A DNA stretch of 63,998 nucleotides, filler included, from Diploschistes diacapsis (lineage: Eukaryota): assembly GCA_023645945.1 (NCBI GenBank). It is 9 parts of 9 records of this genome, joined end to end, with 100 filler letters (N's around TTAATTAATTAA, not from the genome) between each part and the next. Parts side by side here need not be neighbours in the genome. Positions count along the whole stretch, not along the records: positions 1 to 4,589 come from JALAIB010001679.1; positions 4,690 to 31,679 come from JALAIB010000168.1; 7 more parts are not named here. One strand, given 5' to 3'. The position numbers and the translations under genes are program-made. Shown one piece after another: positions 1 through 11,684 of the stretch (position 1 is the first letter of the stretch; every line of letters starts with the position of its first letter). Below the pieces are notes generated by a model. The model saw only the letters and a list, made by a program, of their open reading frames with translations, was not told the origin of the DNA and did no database searches.

Positions 1-1041
1 ATCTGTTAGCGTATAATATAAATCCGTTGATTTATTCCTTTTCTATCTTAAAATCCTTAAGCGCAATGAACGCGATTACGAAAGATAGCTTTTTTAAACG
101 AGAAAATTATTATATATAAAACTTTTTAAAACTAAAGGAAAAAAAAAATAATATTAAGGATAACGTAACTTCAACTACGTTTTCCACGTCTGTTATTCAT
201 GTTACTTTCTTTAAGGGCAGCGGCTCCATGGGATAACAAACATTAATTATTTAATTACAACTTCGACACGTCGGTAAATAGTACGAATAATAAAGATAAC
301 TGCTAACGGACCTTTCCGAGGGCTTGGCAACCTGGCCCAAGCCTAAAGCGGCTAACTACTTTCGACGCAACGGTCGGTATCTGGCATCCACGGTGATAAA
401 TCTTTAACTTAGGTTAACGCGTCGAGAAAGATGCGGGGTAATAAGGTATACGGGTTAATCATACTAGTAAGGATCGGTAAATAGTTTGTATGTATGTTAA
501 TTTCTTCCGAAGTTAGAGTTTTACTTTATGTATGTTATTATTTCAACATATATATTTTGGGCCAATATAACCTCCTATACCTCACTTTATCGATCTATCA
601 AGCCGTGGTAATCAATTCTAATTGATTCTAAAGAAATAATTTACTTAGGCTTAATAAACAAAAGTTATTAATAAACTTTCTTTACTAACTCCGGCTTTTA
701 AGCTGATCGGCTTCATCGTCTCGTCCCTATATATAATAAATCCCGATCAAATTATACGTCGTATATTTAACCTATAAATACTTTATCGTTATATCTTCCC
801 GCAAGATTTCTTTATATAACCCTTCTGCGATCCCGAGATTACCTTTTATCCGATAAACCAATCCGAGACTCTAGACGATGGTCAATGTTTTTAAATACTT
901 GAACCCATATCTTATTACGCTTAAGGCGAAAGCTCGTTACGCAAGATATCTCGCTTTCCCGAACTAACCTCTCCCCGCGTATACGATAACAAGACCGTCC
1001 AGCAAATTAATCATTTATAAGTGATCGAGATCAAAAATTTC

Positions 1042-2280
1042 CTAACCGTCTTTTAAAACTTTTCGAAATAAACGCCATACTTTCTTAAACATTCCTTTCT
1101 TTAAATAGAACATTATTAAGACTTTAACCGTAACGAATATATCGGGGTAAACCGATCCCACAATATTAACTTTTCTTACCAACGCTTTTCGAGCCGCCGA
1201 CTCGAACTTTTCAAATTTATCCACGTCGCCGTATAATGCGGCAAGATTATGCATGGCGGAAAGAATATCGAGATACTACGTTTCCAGCGCCGTGATCCTT
1301 TCTTTTAGCAATTCCTCGAACATTTCTTCGGCCTCTTCATAACGACCCTATTCGTTTCGAAGAATGGCAAAATTGTTTCGTAGAATTGCCTAAGGTTTCT
1401 TGGTCTTTTATATAATACGGAAAAACTGGTCCTCCGCTCTAACGTACTGCCTCTTATTTCTAAAGCAGTTGGCCAGATTCTTTATACTTTATAGAACATT
1501 CAGGTCCCAGGGTCCCAGCGTCTTCTTTTTCGCTTATACATTTCCCTCGAACAGCTTCTCGGCTTCATCGTACGAACCTTATAGTATATAGTTTAACCCT
1601 ACATATTCCGCTATAAATTAGAAACGTGGATGCTACGGGTTAGAAATTTTAAATTCACGTTCCATCGCGGTGCGAAAGAATTTCTCGGCGTTTTTATATC
1701 TTTTAACGTCCTGATACGTCTCGGCGAAAAAAAACATAATCTCGAAAGAAATCGTAGCTTACTCGTCGATTTATTCGAACAACGGTGGATTATATTGGAT
1801 ATAGGCGTCAATATGCTGAAGAATATCCTACTTTTCGACGAATAATATCTTAAAACAGCCTATATTATTCAAATAAAAGGCCAGTAAAAAAGATAATTCT
1901 AGAATATAATTTCTTTTTCTATCTCCCAGTCCGTTACGAACACGGCTACGGGCGCGGTCCTCAAAAATAAATTTAAAATCCCAACAGGACCCCGACATAC
2001 TGCCCAGAAACAGGGTTCGGAATCCGCCCAACACGTCCCCGAATTTCGAAGCATCCCATCCATCCTAAAAAAAGAAAAGGTCGGTCCATGGCGGGCGGTT
2101 CCTTTAGCACTAGAATCGAAAATAACTTTCGATAACGTGGGCGCGGCCAAAAAAGGAGAGAAGGTCAATAAAGTGCTGCTTGTGACCTTACTCCGTTGGC
2201 GTTCCTTCAAACTAGAACGTAGAATCCACCAACGTCGAAACGGACGATAATCGTCAAAAATTATGGCTAAAGGACGACAT
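1042..2280 (-). pseudogene. RIP-degraded C-terminal part of a fungal NLR-like gene (post-NB-ARC helical region plus kinesin-light-chain-type TPR repeats)
   Basis: Reading the minus strand through stops gives HFIDLLSFF...IESYFR...PPWTDLFF...DGWDASKF, then TPR units GSYDEAEKLFE...KKTLGPWDLNVL*SIKNLANCF, GRYEEAEEMFEELL...LDILSAMHNLAALY. There are many TAA/TAG stops where Gln/Trp is expected. No Walker A motif seen. Confidence 0.75.
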
Positions 2281-2789
2281 ATCTTGCGGTATAAGTTGAT
2301 TTCGGCCTGCCAAATCTAGCAAATACCGATAAACTGCGCTGCAGATCGAGTAAATATAGCGACGAGCTTTACGGTATGCAACGAAAATATTATCGAGCGT
2401 CCTAATATCGTAACCAAAAAGCTCTTTACTGAACGAGCGAGGCTCGGGATACTATATATGATCTTTCGATACGATAACAGGCGCCAATATAAACACCACG
2501 ATTAATAAGATATAATTAAAACGGACATGGTAAGGAACAGACACCCTTCTTTATAACAAGGTGCAGAAAACAGAAGTCCTTAAGCGCCGGTACGTTAAGA
2601 TACAGCAATAACTGGCACACGTGATTCATAAAGGATCCAAATGTTATAATATAGAACTATATATGTCGATACGGCCTATAGATTCTTACCTAGTTCTCCA
2701 ATCATTCAAAAATTATACCGCCTTTAAACCTTTTAATATATATTATTTATTACTTTATCTATTCGTTCGCCGAACAAGTTTCCGCCAAA

Positions 2790-3060
2790 TAAAATTACTC
2801 GCATTACTAAAAAAATTACGTAACGAAATGTTTCGCTTTCTGATCCCGCCGTAAGACATAATCGATTATTAATACAACATCGATCTAAATTATAAAAATC
2901 TTCTAAAACACGAGAATTATAATAAAAGACCCGGGTGGTCCTACCTAAAGAATAAGAATCCGTTACCTTTAAATATTCTCCGAGCGAACCGTCAGCTATA
3001 TACAGAAATTACCTCGCTCCTCTACAACAAAATCTTTATAATCGACGTCGTTGGTTTTCC
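2790..3060 (+). pseudogene. RIP-degraded fragment of an F-box-like/DUF-type fungal protein
   Basis: LLALLKKLRNEMFRFLIPP ... PLPLNILRANRQLYTEITSLLYNK matches the common LPxELRNxIY...ILRVNRQxxxEAxxxLY pattern; interrupted by stops. Confidence 0.45.
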
Positions 3061-3563
3061 CTTCTTCGCAAATTCTTTCGATTTCGCACATTTCGGGTCT
3101 TTCCCTTGACACAAAATTAGACGGATTCTGCTCAAAATCTATATCGAGCCCATCGACCCCTTTTCGATTTATTTCTCATACTGCGGGATCGCGGACCGAT
3201 GGCGAAAGAACTCGTTCCACGATCTACGAATCGAGTTCCATTTAGCGGCAATAAACAAAATCGAAATCATATAAATCGATTATATTCTTAGATATTTCAT
3301 AGATACAAAATTGAACCTCTCGTCCATCATCGTCGAACATCATTAAATCGGACGCAGATCCGTCCCCAGTAATAATGAACTTAAGCTTCGGTTTTTACGT
3401 GACGAGCTTGCAGAAGTATACGATAAGCTAGGCCTTAAAAAGTAAAAAAATATCTTTATTTCCCCCTCGCAGGTAGTTCACGGGGCCACTTAAAAGCGCC
3501 ATACAAGAATCTGATCTAATAATATATGCCATAAACATGCAATATGGATATTCTCGATAATTA

Positions 3564-4420
3564 TCAATTTAATATACTATAAATAAAGTCGGTAGGAATA
3601 TAAACGTTAAATGCTGCGAACAGAATATAGGTTACAAAACATTCAGAATCGCCTTTAACGGAAACGAACGTATGGTTCGACAATTCTCCGAGCGAGTAGG
3701 TGGCGGTGTCGGCAAGAAAAAAAAAAATATCGGGGCAGTCGGCCCACCTCTCGGGCTCGGTTACCTTCAATTCGCTAAAATTGAAGGCACTTGTCCTTAG
3801 TTCTATAAACTCTATCATGATCAACCCGATACCCCTAATATCTTTCCTGGAAGCCGAGGAAGATATTTCTTTATTCTTTAAAAAAATATCCGTTATATTT
3901 GCTAACGAGTTCATTAACGACGTCTAATATTAGAAAATACTTACATACCGATCTTAATACAATCCGATCTATCGACGAGCACATTTTCGCACGTTAAATT
4001 ACCGTGAATTATGTTCAATTCGTCGTAAATAAATCGAAACTTTTAATAAAGCTACGGTTCTTAAAACGGCTCTTTCTAAATAAAAAAATACGGATCTACT
4101 GTTTTATATACGGTTCCTATTTTATTATGGCTTAAATTTCTTATCAGAAACGCAATGTTTCGCAGAAAAACGTTTATATATTTATAAACGAAATAAAGAT
4201 CCGTCGAAAAGAAATAAACGTCGAGCAAATCTATAATATTTTAATAAAAAACGTGTCGAAGGTCCCGACTCTCGCCAGCTTCGCGCTATCGCCGTTTAAC
4301 CGCGACGTATAAACGTCCGTATCGACCGTCTTTATAAATGATCATAAGTTCTTTTATAAACAACTTTAATACGTCTATTTACGGCTCCGAGTTACGGTAA
4401 ACGAGCTTACGGACTATAGC
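3564..4420 (-). pseudogene. RIP-degraded protein kinase-like gene (divergent catalytic motifs)
   Basis: Minus strand: VAVKRR, NIIDLLDVY...LYFVYKY, FIYDELNIIHGNLTCENVLVDRSDCIKI, a GTATGT intron, then ANITD...KDIRGIGLIMIEFIE. In-frame stops present. Confidence 0.7.
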
Positions 4421-4589
4421 CGCTCCGGGTACCATAAGGAAACCCGATCTTAATTATAAGATAGATTTTTATACTAAAATGAGCGGATTTCCGACTTCTA
4501 TAGACATATTCTTCAGCTTTTTGGTTTAGAATTTATATTCTGATTCATTGAACTGGAACTTATGTTTATTAATTCTATCACCGTAGATC

Positions 4590-4689
4590 NNNNNNNNNNN
4601 NNNNNNNNNNNNNNNNNNNNNNNNNNNNNNNNNTTAATTAATTAANNNNNNNNNNNNNNNNNNNNNNNNNNNNNNNNNNNNNNNNNNNN
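4590..4689. other. Artificial contig linker N44-TTAATTAATTAA-N44 (also at 31680-31779, 36368-36467, 41053-41152, 45735-45834, 50415-50514, 55070-55169, 59725-59824)
   Basis: Eight identical 100-nt spacers with a six-frame stop cassette. Confidence 0.99.
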
Positions 4690-4760
4690 CTTCCCTTCCC
4701 TTCCCTTTCCTTCCCTTTCCTTCCCTTTCCTTCCCTTCCCTCCTTCCCTTTCCCTTCCTT
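4690..4760 (+). repeat. (CTTCC/CTTTC)n pyrimidine microsatellite at a contig end
   Basis: cttcccttcccttccctttccttccc... directly visible. Confidence 0.9.
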
Positions 4761-5019
4761 CTTTCTGGCGTCCCTCACACTCTTTTCTCTTCCTCTCCAC
4801 TTCTTGTCGCAAACCTGCAAACATGTCCTCTTTTCGTCTTTCTCAGCCACTTTAACCTTGCTTCGCGTCCTCTACAAGCACGAGGCCCACCGAAAACCTC
4901 TAATTGACTTTCCGCTCACCAAATCGCATTTGCGCGCCCCGCTCGGGACAACTCGCGAACTTGCCTACCCCTTACTACGCTGGATAGCTTAGGTTTCTCC
5001 CAAAGGAAAGCATCTCATC

Positions 5020-7064
5020 ATGGAGCCAGGCACTCCTCAGGCGCAACAGTCATCCGACAGCGCGAATGGAGTCTTCAAGCGCAAGAGGAGCCCTTCAGCC
5101 GAACCGCAGCCTACTCCAGCACCTCCAGCAAAGGTCGCCAAAACCCACAGCAGCCATCTTCAAATCAACTACCTTGCGCGCCAGTACTCTGATACTCTCG
5201 CACTCGTCTCTGTCGAAGACAGCCTCCCAACCATTCTACAACTCCTCGTGGACTACAGTGGTGTCTTGGAGCGCCACGAGAGTCTTGCAGGGAATCTTGG
5301 TGCGCGGCCCCTTGGACCCATCCTGATTAAGCGATTCGAGCGCCTCTTCGACGGTCCTCCTCGGGTTCTGAAGTCTCATGGCAAAGAAGGGACCCTCGTG
5401 TCGTGGCTGGATGTCGTCGAGTTCGCTAGGCACAAGCCAGAGCAGTTCAACTTGGAGAAGATGCGCGACGGGGTGCGCGTATGTCAATTCTATACGAAGC
5501 AGAGCCGCGTCGAGATATCCGAGGAAGACTATTTCCTCATCTCTTCCGGCATGCCTCAAAAACTCATCCCACCCCAACCCATCCCGGAGGACGAAGAGAA
5601 GGAGCTTGGTACGCTGGAGATCATGGAAAAGAGCATCGCTCAAATAATCCAACTCGCAGATCAAGGTGAGACAGGAGCAAGGCCATGGTACGGCTGTGGT
5701 GCTGACACATAATAGTCTCCGCACGCGCGAGACAGTTTAAGCATCGGCTCCTCAGCCGCAAAAATGCCATCATCAATCGGCGCGAGAGCGAGGCGGCCTC
5801 GGTAGTTGAAGCTACGGTAGAAACACCCAATGCAGAGACCGAGCGTAGTCTGGGATCGCCTACCTCTGCGTCGGGCTTTGTTGCCGTCAACCGTTCGGCG
5901 AAGGAAGGGACTACCAGCAATGGGGCCCAGCCTACGACGAACGGAAAAAGCGCGGCCGCAACAGCTTCTGCATCTACCCGTGCGGAGCTGCTCAGTCACT
6001 TTACCGTTATCCGTGAGCGTCAAGGTGACCTAGCGACCGACGCAACGCCACCGAACATCTCCCGATCTTACGGCGCAAAGTCGAAGTCGAAGCAGGCGGC
6101 CAACAATGAGGTGGACTTTGCGTCTGTTCTACTCAACTCAGCATCTCCCGTCCCTATTCCAAATACTCCTTCTAATCTTGTCAACTACCCTCGTCCCACG
6201 CAGGCAGAACGCTTGGACGATAGCGGGCCTTACAAGGCGGAAATGCTGTCCAGGATGGAGACATTACAGCGTGGCGACCGGGTCCTGCCGCCCTGCGACA
6301 GATGCCGCAGGTTGCATATGGATTGTTTGAAGAATCTCACAGCTTGCCAAGGATGCACAAGAAAGCACGCCAAGTGTTCCTGGAAGGATGTTACGGAGCA
6401 GGAGCTGATTGACAACCCGAGACTCCCTGCAAAGGAAGAGAATGCCATCACCAACGGTGAGGGGGCGAGTGTCGTGGCTGTTGCGCCGCTGGCCGAAGGC
6501 CCTCCGCAACCCGTACGAGATGAAGAGCTGCTTGGTGAAGATGATTCAGACGATGATGCCCGCCCCCCGGCAACTGTCGCCAATCGGGGCCTCGAGCTGG
6601 AGCCTGTTAGGCACGAGACCAAGGAGGCCGTAGCCGGACTCTCTCCTGAGCTGCCCAGACAACTCCAAATAGAGGATGACCACCCTTCAGATCACCTACT
6701 GGCAGAAGATATGGCCGTACTGGACAGGATGGGCCACGAAGCGCGCGAAGCTCAGGCTGCAAAGGAATACATAGAGTCTGCAGCTCGAGAGGTTCTCCGA
6801 CAGTCGATCGTCGAAGTCCCCGCCGCCAATGCCTCAAGAGGCTTCGAGCCGGTCAACGCGCCATCATCAGCGTCGATGCCCGAAGTCCGGGTCCACGAGC
6901 CAACGAGGGAACCTCGGGAGGCTCCGGAACCCGATCAGTACCCCCAGAAGCATGAGCCCTATTTACTCGAGGAGCCCGACAAGGAGATTACGTACGAGGT
7001 CAACAGATGGACCAGTCATGACCCAGACACGCAGACGGGCATGGAGTATCGGCCATACGGTTGA
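5020..7064 (+). CDS. Conserved fungal protein with an internal Zn(II)2Cys6-type cluster (putative transcription factor), 2 exons
   Basis: Exon 1 is 5020-5665 and the intron is 5666-5715 (GTGAGA...GCTGAC...TAG). Exon 2 is in frame with ORF 6111-7064. CDRCRRLHMDCLKNLTACQGCTRKHAKC = Cx2Cx6Cx6Cx2Cx6C. N-terminal KRKR is NLS-like. Confidence 0.85.
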
Positions 7065-7557
7065 AAAGGACAATGGTACCTATGAACCAAACTTCAACTT
7101 CGGTCCGCAGGCTCTTACCCGAGTGCTCCAGTTTTTGGCATGTTATGGATAACTGGGAGCTTTTCGCCAGACTTGGCATGGTTGAATAGGCTGTAAGCTT
7201 GGTACACCATAATTCATGGGTGTTGAGTGGATTGCACATCGCTGCTCCGTTAATGCTGTTCATCCCATGGCTTTGATGTTGACTACATTATCCTAATCGC
7301 AAATAGTAATAAAAGTTGTAACAACAGCCCAGATGCCACGGGTAGAAGCAACAAAAAATGTTGATATTTCGAGAATTCGATAACCTTGCTCGCTTCGCAA
7401 CCTTAAAGGCTCGCCTGGCAAGGTTTGTCTGTAATGTTGGCCGCCACGTCAAAAGGCCCCCCAAAAAAAAAAAAAAACCTACAGCCATCGTACCATAAGA
7501 GCATGATACCAGACGTGCATTGCTTTTTTTTGTTTTCTACGGACCATCAAGCGCCCC

Positions 7558-8247
7558 CTACAGGTCCTTGGTCGGTGCCTGACCATCCGACGCTCCGCTC
7601 CCGTACTTCCGCACGTGCTCCTTCGCTGCCCCTTTATCCGCCTCGAATTCGCGGACCTCCGGGCTGTCCATGTGCTTCATGACGTTGTCGGCCTGCCACT
7701 TCTTGAAGCTGAAGCCCAAGCCCTCGTGGCTGTAGTCCTTGTCGTTGGCCTGGTCCTTGTGGTACTTGACGCGGACGAAGTCGGTGTCGAGGGAGGCCGG
7801 GTCGAGGCTGAGGGAGACGAGGGCGTTGATGGTGGTGGTGGCGATCCCGCCGGGCAGGCCGCGGGGGGTCCAGGTCTGCTGGTTGCGGAACTGGATCAGG
7901 TCGCGGTCGTTGAGCACGACCTGGTAGGCGTCGCAGCGGCTGGCGCGGAACAGCTTCGGCAGCGCGAACCACTGGCCCGCCATCTTGTACCGGTCGTTGG
8001 CGTACACGAACTGGTCGTCGTACACGCAGTCCGCCGTGTACCGCCGCACCCGCTCCACCGTCGGCTCGCACGAGTACAGCGCGATGATGTCGTCCAGCAG
8101 CCGCTGCCGCGCCGCCGACACCGGCAGCGACTTGGACGGGTCCGGCTTCACGTCGGCCTGCGGCAGCGTCTGCCGGGGCTCGAAGTTTTCGCCGGGAAGG
8201 GAGGGGTCCTGGGGGAAGTGGGTCTTGTTGCTTTCGGTGGAAGACAT
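7558..8247 (-). CDS. Conserved fungal hypothetical protein, probably NTF2/SnoaL-like fold
   Basis: Intronless ORF from MSSTESNK with strong GC3. Motif IIALYSCEPT...YTADCVYDDQFVYA...AGQWFALPKLF. Confidence 0.75.
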   Translation of the reverse strand: MSSTESNKTHFPQDPSLPGENFEPRQTLPQADVKPDPSKSLPVSAARQRLLDDIIALYSCEPTVERVRRYTADCVYDDQFVYANDRYKMAGQWFALPKLFRASRCDAYQVVLNDRDLIQFRNQQTWTPRGLPGGIATTTINALVSLSLDPASLDTDFVRVKYHKDQANDKDYSHEGLGFSFKKWQADNVMKHMDSPEVREFEADKGAAKEHVRKYGSGASDGQAPTKDL

Positions 8248-9026
8248 CTTGCGCGTGCTTGGGACGGAGAAGACGGGTGTGGTTCCTTGAAGTGCAGATG
8301 CTTGAAACTTTGTGAATCTTGGAAAGCTTCGTCGAGTGGAAGCAAGCATGAAAAGGTAGAAGTAGACGCTTTTGGGCAAAGAGGAAAATCAATTCGAGAG
8401 CAGGCGAATGAAGAATAAAACTACATAGTTACTGAAAACGATGCACCTGCCTTAAGTACCCATGTGAGTGATATACAGAAAATGTAGCTGTCATTCCTAT
8501 GCACTGCTGAGGACTGACGTCTTTGATCCTCTTGGGAAGTGATCACACATGTAGTATGAGAGAGTTCGAGGTTCGGGACGTCTCTGGTCCGCACACCGGT
8601 GCCACACCTCTTTGCAAATGATGCTTTTATCTACATGTTAGATCTCGATCATTGAAAGTCGAGAAAGAGCCGATGGGCCAGAGTTCCATGAAGCAAAAGA
8701 GAGCGTCCAAGTCGGGGATACGGAGTTTATGCCATTCCTACTGGAGCTGTACGGTGGCAAAAATATGCCAAGTACGGAGGTATTACGACTGCCCGACTGC
8801 GATTCTCTTTGTACGTGTACTAGGCAAAAGCTCACATGGGCGCGAACTGGAGCTGGCTCTTTGAAATATTGTTTGTACGTTAGGTGCTGATCAAAAGTGC
8901 TATGCTCGCTAGCAACTGGTACCGGGTATCATTCTCTCCTGCTTGAAACATCCAGCTTCTGACGAAGCAGCTGCCTACCAAGATGACTGGTAGCGGTCAG
9001 TTCATTCCCTACAGCCCATGTTCTTC

Positions 9027-10505
9027 TTAGAACCTGTACCGCTTCGGCTGCTCGGGGCTGTCATCGTCCTCTCGACTGAGATGTGGTCCATGAGCTCCAT
9101 ATGATGTTGAGGACGCAGCCTGAGATCCTCCCTCTGTACCATTTCTGTGACCATTTATTTCGCCCGAGTGATTGCTAGCATGAAGATCATCAAATGGATT
9201 TTCCAGTCTCGCTGCTGGCTTTGGCATGCCAAGAATCGGTGGTAGTCCCGCTTTTGCCACACTCGGAGGCTCCGTATCAGATTGGTCTCTTCCGGGACTT
9301 CTTGGGGGCAAAGTCGGCCCTGAAGACTCTGGCGCCAACGTACCGCGCGATGACAAGTTTGGAGGAGTTTGAGTGCTTATCTTTCGCGCTTGCAGCAGAG
9401 CTCGCTGGTGCTTTGAGAGAGCTGCCGAGATCATATCGTTGGTTTCAATGAGGGTGAGAAGAGTTTCTTCGTCCGGTGCCGGATTATCTGCGTTGATATA
9501 TCTCTGTATTGATCGCGCAGCCGACTGACATCTTTCGGCGAATTCTCTCACCAACTCGTTGCGCAACAACTCTTGAGGCGGTGTAGACTGGACAACTTGC
9601 ATCAGTAACTTGCTAGAGGTCCTAGCCTCTTCGATTCGTGAAGCAAGTTCATGAGGTAGTGGAAGTCCACTATGGCTACGAGAAGGTTGGGCGGGCGGAA
9701 AGTAGGGCTGCTGTCCTGGTGTAAAGGGCGGCGCGCCCGGTTGTCCTTGTGAATGGAGCTAATTAGGCGGTTAGCACTTCCTGTACAATTTCAGAAAATT
9801 GAACCTGTACAATCCCGCTGCTTATGTCGTTCCCCAAACGTTTTGCCCATTTCTTTTTTTCATTCTTCCACATTGTTATCAAAGGTACTAATGTCTCATC
9901 TCCACTCCTCTGAAGCTCGAACGTGTCGAGTGTTTCCCGCACTAGTTGTTGAACGCTCATATCTCTTCCGTCTCGGAGCAGCTCTTTTATAGTCGAAATA
10001 AATTTCGAGTCAATGTTTCTGGTGAAGGATGCTCCAGGATTGTCGGCGAGGATCCTGACGAGCATTATTGCGTTATATTGGACATAGGCACGCAAAAAGT
10101 TGTCCTTCCCGAGAAATTTTCGGATAACCATAGCAGCTTCTTTTGCAGCTCCTGGACTTGATTCGGCAGCGTCAACTATTACTGGCAGGTGCAAGACTTC
10201 TTCGCCCTGCAGTGGTTAAGATGTCAGTCCAGGTTCAAAGTACCAAGGCGCAGACTCACTGTATTGTTTGGACCGCCCGACTCGCAGAACAATCTCTAAG
10301 AAGCCATGAGCGCAGTTCTACCAATCGCGGTCATACAAGACTCACAATTCCCCGCGCGACGTCTGCTTCTGGACTGTTCCCATTACCGTCAACATTGTTG
10401 CTGAGCGAGCCTATGACGGCGGATTAGCATTCGCGACCTTATCGTAAAGCGGGCGTAGCTACGCCGACTTGGATTCCTCCTTAACAAGCTCCTGAACCTG
10501 TCCAT
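9027..10505 (-). CDS. VHS/GAT-domain trafficking adaptor protein (multi-exon)
   Basis: VHS-like LHLPVIVDAAESSP...YVQYNAIMLVRILADNPG. GAT-like LPLPHELASRIEEAR...NELVREFAERCQSA...LLTLIETND. C-terminal NPF motif. GT-AG introns. Confidence 0.8.
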
Positions 10506-10952
10506 GGACTATGAGATAGCTGTTTAGAGAGGTAATCGTATACTGGCGAGACTGCAGTGGTGTTCCGGGCACTTGTTCCGTGCACGACTTGCAGCGCGGT
10601 GCGAGGGGAGAGAAACTATGGATGTAAAATCAAGAAGCAGAAGATGCCAGTTTATGTGTATCTAAGAGCAGGAGTGTGAGGCGCAGGAGAGAGAGGGTAG
10701 GGCCCAGTTGGCATGTAATTTAGAGGATTGATTTATTATTGTGCTGATTCTACCTATGGGCTGGTAAAAGGCTATGGCTATATAGTATATCTAATTAAAG
10801 ATGCCTGCCTGCGCCAAGCTTCAACAACGCTTTCAAGCTGGAGCCTCACAACTTCACAACTTCACAAGGACTTCTGCACAGCCTCATACACCTCTTTCCA
10901 CGTCAGCACATAGCATTGCGTGTAACATCTTACCATCAATGGGGACGAGGAC

Positions 10953-11234
10953 CCATGTTTGGACAGATTAACGGTTCTCGATTAAACCATTTAATCACTT
11001 TCGTTGATCGATTATTAATTGAATATTAATCGATTTAATCGACTAACCGGTGATTAATCGGGCCGAGTAGTTTAAATCTTTACTAGTGTCATGCATAAAT
11101 CTTGCATAAATATTATATAAATATTATATAAATAATCGGTCCGAATAATCGCCGGTTAATCGCATATTAATCTATTTATTAATTTAATCGATTAATGCTC
11201 TCGTTAATCGATTATATCAATCGTCCAAACATGG
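10953..11234. mobile_element. hAT-type MITE, 282 bp
   Basis: 12-bp perfect TIRs CCATGTTTGGAC (10953-10964) / GTCCAAACATGG (11223-11234). 8-bp TSD ACGAGGAC / ACGGGGAC (1 mismatch). Many subterminal ATTAATCG/CGATTAAT motifs. No ORF. Confidence 0.85.
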
Positions 11235-11684
11235 ACGGGGACTTGAATCCAGGGCCCGGTAGTGGATTAATAAATAGAGGACTGGCTGCCCTTCGAGCTT
11301 GGCTTGTTGTCAGTTCGAGTTCAATCCTTGTGTCTATTTCCCTTGAACCTGACAGCTACAAGCTGGCCTGATTGTTATGCAGTTTCGTACTGCCCATCAA
11401 AGACATATACGGCAATAAGTTGCGAGCTCTACTAGCGAATGATTTTTGTGGTTTAGTCAAATACTACCTTTTAGGAGGCAGCGCAGCATCTACCACATGT
11501 CGAGCGCGCATCATGTCAGTCTAATATTCTTGCCTAATGTTGCATTCGCGCTACTTCCTTCCGACGTCCGATAAAGGATTTGAATGGGGAGGGCTTTACG
11601 TCCCACGGGCCTATTACAAGAACTTTAGGATTTCCCTAAGAAACACATGCCTCTCGCCCTGCCACAATATCGTCCCTCCGAACC

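Noticed and set aside
4634..4645. Repeated TTAATTAATTAA motif as a biological repeat
   Set aside because: Always centred in N-runs; it is a synthetic six-frame stop linker.
4638..4850. Lys/Glu/Gly-rich ORFs
   Set aside because: Translations of the CTTCC microsatellite running into the N linker.
7615..8418. Long antisense/alternative-frame ORFs (also 32380-33102, 35176-35700, 49575-50349)
   Set aside because: Shadow ORFs caused by high GC3 of the real genes; no recognisable motifs.
11235..11330. tRNA T-arm-like motifs (GGATTCAAGTCC on minus, GAGTTCAATCCT on plus)
   Set aside because: No cloverleaf could be built; no tRNA, rRNA or snRNA gene was recognised in the window.
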